This document shows, piece after piece, positions 1 through 11,600 of a DNA stretch of 64,000 bases (position 1 is its first letter; every line of letters begins with the position of its first letter). The notes under the pieces are model-generated. The model made no database searches. It had not been told where the DNA came from and saw only the letters and a list, made by a program, of their open reading frames with translations. The DNA comes from Schmidtea polychroa. Lineage: Eukaryota. The position numbers and the translations under genes are program-made. The DNA lies in contig CM097885.1 in assembly GCA_044892525.1 (NCBI GenBank), forward strand, positions 126,542,001 to 126,606,000, given 5' to 3'.

Positions 1-3000
1 CTTCATTTGCGTGGGACTAAACCATGTCCCCTCCAACTCATCGATCTTCCTTTTGTACTTTCCAATTTGCGCTTGTAGATCCCTGATAACTGAATTCTTG
101 TCCGAGCAAGAAAAGCAAGGTTTAAGAATGTTGTTGGTACTTGAAGACATCTTGAATAGCTATGAAGAGGAAATGCGAATAAAATCAAACTAAGTCAAAT
201 GTGAGACATCATCATCTAGTCACACTCATACCATACTGATCATAGATTATCATACTGACAAAACGAGTTTATTAGCCTGAAGAGATTTCGTTACCCTACA
301 GATCTTGTACGCTTGGGGTCATTATTTATACGAGAGTGGATCATTCATGCAAGATTTTACCGAAGGAAAGTAAGGTATTATCCTGGATAAGGGAAATTAC
401 AGGTTGATGAAATTACAATTTAATCAATTTACCTGAAAACAGTACCTAACATTTAAAGAGAGTTTAAATTAAATTATAGATTTACCCCAAGACAAATAAT
501 TTGGATGTGTAGATCTTATGCATGGATAGGCGATTTATCTTTAAATTAATTATTCAACATAAATAAGACTCTATCAATTGCTCTGCAATTATTTGTTTGC
601 GATAAGTAAAAGTTTGTTAATTAATTTGCACTTGTTTAGTTGTGAGAAAATCAAAATGATTAAAACAAAGTTGAATATTTAAATGAATTTAACCACGTGT
701 ACCCAAAATGTCTGTCTGGCCGCTATCTATCATTTCTGATCGGTGAGAAAATCGGGTGACTGTCAGTAGTATGTTTCAGTGAATTATGTTTCAGCTGACG
801 CGTCAGGTTGGATTTCCTGTGATTAACAGTCTGTATAATCTACATATTGCGAGTAGCCTCTGTGATTATTCTAAAGCGCATGGCGCATGAAAATTTTCTC
901 TCACCTACTTCTACTTAGTCATAATCGCTGACTGATGTCTTCATGCTCTATGCCATGCCGGTGTATGCATGCAGGTGTATTTTCCCTTATGACATATTAC
1001 ATCACTGACGAACCATGTATCTACCTCAAATGCTGCTGGTTATCTCTCATGGATATTTTGGAAAAACCGGATTTCTACATCATCAATGTTGGAATTAATT
1101 CACGATCCCTCAAATAGGATTTACTAGCTCGTCTCGTGGTCCTCCATCGCTATCAATGTACGCCTGCTACTGCTGTCAAATTGGAGATTTATTACTTATC
1201 CCAATGCTGGATTTTCCACCCGACGGGATGTGGACATTTTATGGTTTACTGGGTAAACAATTATTCTAATAAATTATGTTTTAGGGAAATACATTTTTAC
1301 TGATTGGAGTTATTCGCTTTTATTTTTAATGATTACTTAAACCTATTTAATTACGTGATTTCATACAATTTCATCTTTGAGAGGACATATAGCCGATGGG
1401 AATAGCGATTTCGCAAAAATCGTTAGTCGAAAATTTCAAGATTAAATTTCTAGCGAATTCGAGAACTATGACAACTATGGCATACATAGCACTACCAAGG
1501 TTGGACGGTTTTTTAACGAAAGACTTGCCTAGATCTACTGGATGATAAAGAAGAATTTTAACTTGATCAGACGCTGTTATAATACGCTAGTGCGACACCC
1601 TCAATCACTGCGCGAACATATCAAAATTTCTCCTATTGATCGATTCATTCTCCTATCCTACTTCCTCGTATGAATTTTCATAGAATTTAGTCACTCCTTC
1701 AGCGACGGACCCGTGAGGAAGCCCCCACATTACGGCCCGAATCAGCTGCGTGATTGAAAAGACCCCATGTCCACCGGCTGAGCTCCCGAAGGCACCTCAC
1801 ACCATGACATAGAGTATCTCAACACCACGTTTCTCCAAAATTTTAAATATCATAAAATCAACAAATAGTAAAAATTCCTTTCATTCAAATAAAATATTTA
1901 TTACCAATTTACTAAAACATTTAATTAAGTAAAACCTTCAAATCAAACGAAAAGAGAAAAATGATTATTAAATTTAGACTACTATAAATTCATAAATATA
2001 CATGATCGTTGCATGGTAAACCTAAATAATGGAAAAATCCCTTACCAAATTTTCAAATAGGCTGAATCGAAAAGTTCTGAACAGAATTGGTTAATACTAG
2101 AATAGGTTATAGAATTGGTTGAGTTTCCTGAATTCCTAGAATAGTCCTTGAAATGATTTCGGTGAATCTGTGGCTGTCGCTGTGAATTTTGGTTTCTAAT
2201 GTAGTGGTTAGATGAACGGTAATTGTTAATTAAAATGCACTTACCTAATGTAGTGGTTAGATGAACGGTAATTGTTATGATTTTAGTGTCTGCTTATATA
2301 TTAGTTTTCTATTTATGCGGACCAATCAGAATGGAGTACCGCTTATTTTTATTACTTTAATTTGTTTTCCTTGTTTTTGAGTTATTTCTTCCTATTTTCT
2401 TTATTTTTATTGTATTTTTATTTATTTTCTTTAATTTCCTTATTATTTACTGCATTTTACGTCATTTTCCGTCATTTTATTGTCCTATTTCAATTTTTCG
2501 TGTTTTTATATTTTTTGTTTTAATTCTTATTTTCTAATTATTGTTTTTCTTATTTCCTTTCTACTTTGTTGCGTAGATTTGTTTATTTTATTTTTATTTT
2601 TATTTTTAATTTTTGTTTCGTTATGCTTAACCTAATCTCTCAGATACTCTTCTACTCAGCCCAACACTCGTCTTTCGTCAGTGTATTGTACATTTGAACA
2701 AGGTCGATGCTGTGTTCTGCAAACTGAAGATCGTTGAACTTTGGGTTCCTTCTGCAGGAAGCATTCGCATTTCGCCACTCCATATTCTATCAGGACGTCA
2801 TAGATTATGTGTGTCTTTCTTGTAATTAGATCTTCCAAATTTAATCTCATTGGAAGTTTTGAAAGGCAGCAAACTTTTACCATTTTTTTATTTGTATCCG
2901 TTGTCACGTAATCATCAAAAAACGAGAGTCCTACCATATTGTTGAGGTTTTAAAAGTAAATTATATTAAATCGAATAGGTCCGAATAAAGGGAAAACCGA

Positions 3001-3859
3001 AATGGAATGGCGGTCAAGCACAGGAGTAATGGCAAAGAAAGATATGATAAAAACGGAACTATAAAAGGATACAATCAGACTCGTAATGGAAAAATGCGCA
3101 AACCTGAGGAAGTGGAATAAAGTGAAAAGTTATCGAAATTGAAGCTGGAAAACGGGAGAGGGGTAGATTAAAGACAGTGAACAAGAAATTGTTAGAAAGT
3201 GTTTAGAAAGGGTCGTAAAACAGGCAAATAATAAAACACAAAATATTAATTAATTAATTGGCTAATGGGAAACCCGAGCGATGAAGAAACCGCGAGCGCG
3301 GAAATTTGGAAGAATAAACAAATGGGGAATTCAGAGAGCAATTATCCAAACAGCCGGATAAACGAGGGTAAACAAAAGAAGGGGAATTACGAAGAGGGTC
3401 AACAGAAATAGCTAATTGGAGAATGATAACTAAGGAAGTCAAAACCAATTAGGTCAAAAATAGGGCAATTACAACGATTATGGGAGTATATAAAGAAACT
3501 CCAAATTCACATAATGGGCAATAGCCTTAGGTAGGGAAACAAATATACGTTGGGAGTTTGTGTTTATTAATTTTTGGAACACGTGGAGTCAGAGTAACCA
3601 ACGGTCGACTTTTTAGTATTATAAAACCCAACAATATGTTCACAGAAGGCTACGGTACGATTGGGGTAATTCTTAAGAATTTATAATAGACGGTGATCAT
3701 TGTAAGGGGCTCGGACTGTAGGGTGTTCTTCATTCCATTGCCTCGTGTAAACTAATCCCTTGTACCATGCAACGAGAAAGCCTCAAGTGGATAAAGTTGC
3801 CAAATGATGATAACCATTTGGACGAACAATTCATTAGGAATCTAGTGGTGTATGTACGA
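1..3859 (-). repeat. 3' LTR, partial (cut by the window start; also lacks the outer ~816 bp of U3)
   Basis: 1-3859 matches 26819-30677 with no indel and no differences in spot checks; similarity stops abruptly after ...GTATGTACGA. Confidence 0.93.
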
Positions 3860-3936
3860 CAATACATAGTGTTTTTAGTTCAGTTCTGGCATTGTTTGGT
3901 CACTCTGATGGTTCTGGTTGGGGTTTGCTGCTACAA

Positions 3937-4525
3937 TTACGAACTGGTGTTATGGTAGATTGGGCGATTGGACGATGGTTGAGGAGATTCTTTATGGTTT
4001 AGTCTGGGTGAGCTTGTGGTTTGGATAACATTGGTTATTTCGGCTGGGTTTTGTACGGTGGCTCTGGATTTCGAGCTCTGACATTTTTTCTTAACTTCGA
4101 GGATTTTTAGGAAGGTTATGAGGCATAACAAGATAGTTTCTGCGATCACTACGTAGAGAAGGTAGTGGGTGTCGCTGTTATTTGAGGGTGTTTCTGTTGT
4201 CTCGGCCGGATTTTCGAACACTTCTTGTTGTATTTGTTGTTCCAACTGATCGAAGTGTTGGACTTGTTCGAGTATTTTTCGGTCCATCATTCGGCATATG
4301 GGGTGATTTTTGCACAGACTTCTGACGTTATTAACATATGACCGAGTTGACTGGATACTGTGGAGGATGTTGGTTTTGGCAAGGTTCTGGTTTGGCTTTT
4401 TGGTTTCGATTGCGGTGATCTCGTATGCTTGTCAGTTGAGCGTTTAATTGTTGTTTCTCCATCAGGTGATTTATCAATACCATTACCGTTATCACGATTC
4501 CATACCGCATTGTACTAATATACAT
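3937..4525 (-). pseudogene. Probable single type-I membrane protein gene split by a frameshift near 4435
   Basis: ORF 4331-4525 starts with a hydrophobic signal-like segment; the frame of ORF 3937-4290 is open back to 4431 and contains TM YLLYVVIAETILLCLITFLKIL; no AT-rich spacer separates the two ORFs. Confidence 0.5.
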
Positions 4526-4564
4526 CTATTATTATTATATTATTTACACTGGCTTTAATTGCTT

Positions 4565-5269
4565 TTAGTTAGATGGTTCTCCTTTGGGATTATTTTCGGC
4601 ATTTCTCATCAGGGTAGATTCCGCTTCAATGACCCGGTGTCTTAATTCCGGCATCATCTCTAATTGCCGATCCTTTTCACGGGCTTCCCTTTTTAGGTGT
4701 CTTATCTCCCTTTTTAGTTTGCTTATTTCTTCTCGTTTCTTTACGAGATTTCTTCTTAACTCGATTTGTAGGAAGTCTTGTTCGTTCTCTTGTGGAGGGT
4801 TTCGTTGTTGTTGTTGTCTCTCGATTTCTTTGTATTTGCGGATCCATTTTTTCATTTTTTCACTTTCTCTTTGTTTTTCTTCCAATTGTTGATTTAATTT
4901 ATTTATAGTTGTTTGGCGTTCTTTCACCTCTGTTTTCCAGTAGTCTTGGATTACTTCTTCTGCTTTGAAGCTTGCCCTTTCTTGCCATAATTCCTCTGCA
5001 ATCCTTTCCCAATTTCTTCCTCGTGTTCGTTGTTCCTGCAGCCATTCATTTCTCTCTTCTGCTTCTCTCTTTACTTTTCCTAGCACTTTGCATTCTTTCT
5101 TTAATACTTTAATCATTTTCCGGTCTTCCATATATTTGTTCACTAATCTCTCGTTTTCCCGTTTCTCTTCTCGTAATTCTTTCGATAGTATTTGTGTTTC
5201 TGTGACTTCCATTATAATTTCTCCTTCTTCTACTTCACTCATGGGTTCAACTATCTCTTCAATTTTCAT
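4565..5269 (-). CDS. Coiled-coil accessory protein (234 aa)
   Basis: ATG after ATTATAG|AT; E/K/R-rich heptad-like sequence. Confidence 0.75.
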   Translation of the reverse strand: MKIEEIVEPMSEVEEGEIIMEVTETQILSKELREEKRENERLVNKYMEDRKMIKVLKKECKVLGKVKREAEERNEWLQEQRTRGRNWERIAEELWQERASFKAEEVIQDYWKTEVKERQTTINKLNQQLEEKQRESEKMKKWIRKYKEIERQQQQRNPPQENEQDFLQIELRRNLVKKREEISKLKREIRHLKREAREKDRQLEMMPELRHRVIEAESTLMRNAENNPKGEPSN

Positions 5270-5438
5270 ATCTATAATATTTACAATTAATCATGCGCTA
5301 CAGTGCGACTTATACTTATACATTTATATCGTTTTTATTTACACAGGGTTACAGTCCCTCAAATACTTTTACTATACTATTAATTTTTTTGTTTGGGATA
5401 TAGTCCCAATTTTTGAATTTTGAATTTTTTATTAGCCC

Positions 5439-6612
5439 TTATACGAAGGTTTCCTCCTGACCCACATAACCTTCATCACTATCGACCGCTGGATGCAACT
5501 GTATCGCAATAGGGTCATAGGGTAGGTAATATTGGGGGATTTGAGCTCTCAATTCATTAACTTCGTCTCTTAGAGCTCGAGTGATATTCAGCTCTTCGTC
5601 GAGCAGATAAGTGAGATACCTTGTCTTTTCGTCTTTCGCCTCTACTTGTCTATCTAAGGCCTTGATTTTCTCGTCACCCTTCCATTTTTCAATTTCTATT
5701 TCCAAGTTTTTGATATTTTCGGTATACATTTTCCTCTCATTTTCTAATTTTCTATTTTTTCCCGCTAGGACCATGTTTCTTTGTTCTAACGATCCTTGTA
5801 GTCCATTAAGGTCTCTTTTCATCTCTTCGACCTGATTTACTAATTCCACAACCCGTCCTGCTTGTTGGGTTATCATCTCTTCCATTGCGGCATTCTCGTG
5901 CTCTCTTATGTCGCATTTTATTGCCAAATGTCGCTCAAACTCCATAGCCTTTGTTTGCCAGGTTTGGCTTCGGGCTGCGACCTTTTTCAACCGTTTCAGT
6001 TCTTCCTTTATTATTAAATTTTCCTCCTATTTACCCTGTTCGCTCTCATATCCGAGTCTCATGGGCAATTCTTTCATCTCTTTTTTCATTTCACTATTTT
6101 GTCTTTTCCATTTTCTCGCTTCTGCTACTAAGTGCATCATTTTCCTTCCTTCTATTTGCCTTTCCGCTTCGCGCTTGGTGTTCTCATCGGTAAGTCTCTT
6201 TCTCGCTTCCTGCACTAGCTGCTTTAAGTAGTGGCTGTGCGCTTCTTGGCGGGTATTTTCTAGTGACGCCCATTTTGATGCTCTTTTGCATGCTTCTGCT
6301 TCCGCTCTTAAGTTGTGTATTAACCATTGGTATTGACTATTCTCATCCTCTCTAGCTCCTTCGATGTGATTTCGGGTGAGATTAGTTAGTTGGAACATTA
6401 CTTTGTTCCATTTTTTGTTATGTTCTCGAGGAATTTGTGTCTTGTTGACATTGGTTGGGGCTATCGCAGTTTCGGTTAGTTTCTCTTGTGTCATCTCTAA
6501 ATCATAGACATCGATTAATCTTTTTATTATGAAAAAGGAATTTATTCATTATTTGCTGTTCCTTTGGAAATTTTCGCATCATTTTTGGGTTTACGTATTT
6601 AGGGTTTTTCAT
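5439..6612 (-). pseudogene. Long coiled-coil accessory gene broken by one in-frame TAG (6027-6029) and probably a frameshift near 6520-6545
   Basis: Track ORFs 6027-6494 and 5439-5990 share a frame (QGK*EENLIIKEELKRLKKV); an upstream ATG at 6612 (AATAATAG|TATG) opens a 36-codon frame that overlaps the start region. Confidence 0.65.
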
Positions 6613-6688
6613 ACTATTATTATATAATATTTTATTGGTTATATACACCGATATATACAGATTATTATATACAACATTATTCGATTGG

Positions 6689-8077
6689 TTACTCCGTTCT
6701 ACCCTTCTCCTCTTTCCTCACGGTCATCTTGATATACACCGTGTCATTTCTTGCCATATCTTCTACTTTTTGTTGTAGGATGAACGTAGGTGCTCCTGTT
6801 GCTGATCCTTCTTCTTCCGTAGGTCTCTGGTAACACATTTGGTTTCCCGTTGTCTTGAAGCTTTGTTCGTGGATGCTTCGGTCATTCATTAGTGCAATAT
6901 CGATTTTTGCCTGGAACGGCCACTCTATTATTTCGTCGTATTCCCCTTTACATAACAGAAAGAAAATCGAAAAGTGCGTATCTAATCCGGCTCCGTCCCC
7001 GTTGGGATATATCTTCATTTTCATTTTGTACCCATTCTTCCAAGAATGGAATGCAGGACTTGTTATTCTTGTCTCTTCTCCGGTTTTTGCTTTTCGTATT
7101 CTTTCTTTTACTCCCGTTATTTTCCATATGTAGGGTGCTGTTGGGGTTATCTCATTTAGATTTATTTCCCGTATTTTCTGATGTAGCTCCTTGGCCTGAT
7201 TATTACTGATTTCTATTCGGTTTATTTGCATCTTTATGTTTGCTCGGGCTTCCTCGAACGCTTCCCTTTCTTCTAGTAGTTCTTTGACTAACACTTTCAA
7301 CGATGTTATCTCTATCTCCATTTGTTTTACTTTCCCTTCGCTTTCTTGTAACGCAGTCGACCACATTTCTGCGTGGGTGGAAGCATTTTCTACTAAATGG
7401 TGTGGTAACTCCCCTCGGTGTAATAGTTTCTGACAACCCCATTTACCTAGTACACATGTCATTCTTTTCCTTTCACATTCCCTTAGATGCTGTGCCACCT
7501 TTATTATTTCCCCTTGGTTGCATCCGTTTGGGCATTCCCCACTGAACTCTGCACATACCATTTCTTCTTGGACATTGTGATGTTTGAGGGTGAGATTTTT
7601 CCACGTATCTATTTCTCCACAATGTTCACATCTTTCTAATCTCTCTTCACACTGCCTTTGATGTTCTTTTTCTTCGCTTGCTCGAATGGTTTTATGGCAC
7701 CTTTCACACTGGCCGATTCTGTACATACATTCTCCCATATGTTGTACTACCTTCCAGATTACTCCTTTCCATTCGCATGGGGCATTTTTGCATCCCAGGT
7801 TGGTGTTTAACATGTCTTTCACTGCGGCTTTATCTTCGTTAGTGTCTTCTAAACTCGATATTCGTGTTTCTTTACACACCGGGCACCACTGTGGTCTATT
7901 TTTTATTGCTTCACTGATACATTCTTTACATACTCTGCATCCACATTGAGTTTGGTGAGGTTCCTTTAACAACTTTTCACATATTCCGCACATAACATGT
8001 TTGTGTATTCTGATCGTTGTAGATTTTCGGACTTGCTCGACCATCTCTCTGAACTCTTCTCTTTGTCGTTTATCCAT
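6689..8077 (-). CDS. Intronless full-length TRAF-family protein (RING, TRAF zinc fingers, coiled coil, MATH/TRAF-C)
   Basis: CGICEKLLKEPHQTQCGCRVCKEC...CPVC; CKNAPCEWKG; YIWKI, SPAF, GYKMKMKIYPNGDG, THFSIFFLLCKGEYDEIIEWPF. Confidence 0.95.
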   Translation of the reverse strand: MDKRQREEFREMVEQVRKSTTIRIHKHVMCGICEKLLKEPHQTQCGCRVCKECISEAIKNRPQWCPVCKETRISSLEDTNEDKAAVKDMLNTNLGCKNAPCEWKGVIWKVVQHMGECMYRIGQCERCHKTIRASEEKEHQRQCEERLERCEHCGEIDTWKNLTLKHHNVQEEMVCAEFSGECPNGCNQGEIIKVAQHLRECERKRMTCVLGKWGCQKLLHRGELPHHLVENASTHAEMWSTALQESEGKVKQMEIEITSLKVLVKELLEEREAFEEARANIKMQINRIEISNNQAKELHQKIREINLNEITPTAPYIWKITGVKERIRKAKTGEETRITSPAFHSWKNGYKMKMKIYPNGDGAGLDTHFSIFFLLCKGEYDEIIEWPFQAKIDIALMNDRSIHEQSFKTTGNQMCYQRPTEEEGSATGAPTFILQQKVEDMARNDTVYIKMTVRKEEKGRTE

Positions 8078-8161
8078 TCTATAATTATATGTACATATAG
8101 TTCTTATCGATACAGGTTCGATATTTTATTTACAATTATTTACATTTAAGCTAGGTTTGGT

Positions 8162-8521
8162 TTAGGGTTCGGAAGAGTCGGCTTCGTGTCCGCTCTCCTC
8201 TCTATTCATTAGCCATTCCGACCAGTCTTCTATTTCTGTCTGTTCTGCTTCCTCCATCATTCGGTCTAGTTCAATTTCCTGTCTACGGCTATATTGGGTT
8301 ATCCTCTCTATCTCTCTTTGCATTTGTTCGATTTTCAACCTCTGGTCTTCAATTATCTTCAAATAACTAAATCCTCTATTCATACTCTCAATTAGGTTTC
8401 TGTGCATCGTCAATCCTTGTTCTTGCAAATTGGACACTAATTGTGCTAATACGGCACATTGTTGCTTCCATAATTCTTCAGTTACTGTATTGTGGTTCAT
8501 TTCGTTATTTCCTTGATCCAT
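8162..8521 (-). CDS. Small coiled-coil accessory protein (~119 aa; ATG start MDQG rather than the TTG in the track)
   Basis: First ATG at 8521 preceded by AAG|A; helical Q/E/R-rich sequence. Confidence 0.6.
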   Translation of the reverse strand: MDQGNNEMNHNTVTEELWKQQCAVLAQLVSNLQEQGLTMHRNLIESMNRGFSYLKIIEDQRLKIEQMQREIERITQYSRRQEIELDRMMEEAEQTEIEDWSEWLMNREESGHEADSSEP

Positions 8522-8681
8522 TCTTAATTTATATACACTTTTCAACTCTTATTTAAATTTAATTTTATTTTATGATTCCCGTTATTGTATAATATTGATA
8601 CCGCGCTTATATAAAGATATAGTACTGTTATATACATAAGATATACTTACTTTTTACAATTATATACAGTCATATTCCTTT

Positions 8682-11600
8682 CTATATACGTGAGTTTGGA
8701 GGGCGCTGAGCGTTCCAGGCATCCACCCACTGTTCTTGTTTGATATCACTTGGTCGTTTCACTCGATGTTGGAAATTTCTGATTCGGGTCATCTCTAGTT
8801 CTCCGCGATGTCGTTTATCTTTAATTATTTTTATTGTTCCCCCCGTTATGATTAGGAATGCCCCTGTTATTATTATTCCGCTGATCCACATCATCTGCTT
8901 CACGCTTATACTCTCTGGTTTTTCCTTGTTTGTTAATGTTGATATCGCTTCTGTACTTTTCTCGTTTCCTTTTTTGCCATTTCCTTCCATCATCTCTCGT
9001 ATTCTTGCTATTTCCTCGTTCAAACCCTCCTTTGCCATCTTTTGTATTTTTTCCATTTCTTCCTCCGAAACATAGTTGTCCTGAGCTTCCTCGCCGGTTT
9101 TCTTGTGCTTTCCTCCTTCGTCCTTTTCGTCGTGGTTTTTTCTTTTCTTTCCTCTTTTCCCCGGGTATCGTCGGCATTCTCTTTTTGATTCGTTCCTCCA
9201 GATACAAACCGTGTATTCTTTCGGCGGCTGCTGCTGCGTCACATATTGATGGCATCTCTCACCTGGTCCTAATCTTGAAATACAGACTTTGTGCTCTTTT
9301 CTAGGTTGGAGCTGCGTTATTACTACTTCACCACCTTTTCCTAGGTGTACCTCTTTTCCTTTAACGTTCGTTATTCTCTTCCCGTCCCGATTTCGGTATG
9401 CTTCTTGTATTCTTACTTCTGTTATTGGTTCTGTATCTTCATTTATTAACACTAGTCTCTGATATGCTCTCGACACACATCTTCCTAGTATGCACCTTTC
9501 TTTTAGATTCCATACCTCCTTCAGATCCCATTGCTGCTCTTGTGCTTGCTTTTTCTTTTCTTGTTTTAGTTCTTCCTCTTTGCTGTCTTGATTCTCCGCT
9601 TCTTTGGTTTCCTTTATCGTTCTCGTCCCACCGTGGGCTGTTATCATTTCTACCATTGTTAGTATGAGTATCATTACCATCATATTTGTCTCCATTTCCT
9701 TGTTGGTAAAAAGTAGGCATACCCTCTGTTTTCCAGTATTCGTCTTTTCCTCTTCCTTTGTTCGGCTTCCCGGGTTATTTTCCTCCTTTTTCATACTCGC
9801 GTCGTTATTTTCTTGATTATTCTCCTCTGATTTCTCTTTCTCTTTATTCCCGTTTCGACCTTTTTCATTATTATCGTCGTCTTTATCGTCTTTCTCTCCC
9901 CCGCTGTCGTTTAAAATGTCGTCCTCGACATTTATATCATTCAATAATCTGCGGTATGCTGTTAACACTCTGTTCCTTGCTAACTTTGCTTCGAATTCGA
10001 ACTCTTTTCTACCCGTTGCAGCATGTCTCTTTCTATTCCATTCTTTGACTAATTCTCTCAATTGAAGACGACGATGTTTTCCAATTCGTTGTTGCTCGTT
10101 TTGATTTTGCGTGAATTTGAGGTCCTCTCTATTTAAGACTATTAAGATAATTTTAGGTGTCCCCCCTTTATTTAATGTATTTTTGACCATCTCGTTTTCG
10201 CCGTTCTCGTAAAATTCGTTTACGTTTATCGCATATTTATTACTTTGCGGCACTCTCCATGTTAACAATAATTTCATTGCTTCTAGATTTTTTCGTACCG
10301 TATTCCACTGGAATTGGGATGTATTTTTGCATATATTTTCCACTTCTTCCTTTGTCGCATTTTTGCAGATGAATCTGATCATTTCTAGGTTTGGCTGAAT
10401 GGTTGCCCAGTCCATTGTGGAATTTCCTTCGTTTGACTTTTCGTCTAGTCTTGATCCTGATTGATGCAGTATGTGGAGTGTTTTTGGGTGTATTTTCGTT
10501 ATAGCTGCATACATCATGGCGGTTTCGCCTTGTTCATTTTTTGCATTAGATTCTTCTCCGAAGTCTCTAAGGATTCTTATGATGGTTATTGCTCTGTTTT
10601 CTTTTGCTGCTAAAATGGCTTGTTGTAATGGTGTTCTTGAATCTTTTGTTGGTAAGGTGAATGCTAGTGGTATAAATGTTTTTATTTTTCCTATGTCTAG
10701 ATTTGTGGTCTGGTCTCTTGCGTAGGTGTGTACTGTTTTTGTTATTTTTGCTAGTATCGCTTCATCGGATAGATCTTGCATTTCTTCGAAGAATACTTCT
10801 TTAGCCTTACGTACTACTATCTCTTGGTCGGAGTTTATTGTCTTTGGTTTACTTGTTGTTGCTACATCGCTTATTATTTGATCGACTCGTTTCTCAGACT
10901 CTCTTGCTGTTATTTTCTTGATTTTTATCTTTTTCTTGTTTGAACTGTTAACGCGTTCCTCTGCCGTTAGAACTTGAATAATACTTAGGTAGTTTTCTCG
11001 AATGTTATTCATAGTTTCCATCATATATAATACACTCACGGTTTCCCAATATTTTACTTGTACCTTATCGGTAAATTGAGATATAGTTTTTTCGAAGTTG
11101 GTAATCCGTTTTCTGATTAGTTGTTCGTCTTTGTGATTTGAAAACTTTATGCCACGTTGTAGTAGTTGATTGGGAATTTCGAATAGGTGATGTCCTCTCA
11201 TCGCTTCTCTCATCAAGGTGTTTTCTCCTTTGGTAAACGTTTCGTTTATATCTACCATATAATCGTTTCTGATCGGGTTCCTCCATGCAATTAGTATTCC
11301 AGCAATTGTTATTAATTTCTCTTTGATTGCAGTTAGTAACCCGTCGTACATGTTTCCTATCTCCCTATTATCCTCGTACGATAATAGATCTACTAAGATT
11401 ATGAAGGCTTCCGCACTTTTCCCTTCGATTGCATGATGCAGTGCGTTTTTCTGATTGCGATCTTGTGTGGTTATTTTTGATCCAGTTTCAAGTAATGCGA
11501 TAATAATATCTTTAGCTTTATCCCGATTGGCTGCTATCATTAGTGGAGTGTAACCTTGGTTGTTTTCTTGATCTGTCGAAATGTTACAGTCGCGAAATGC

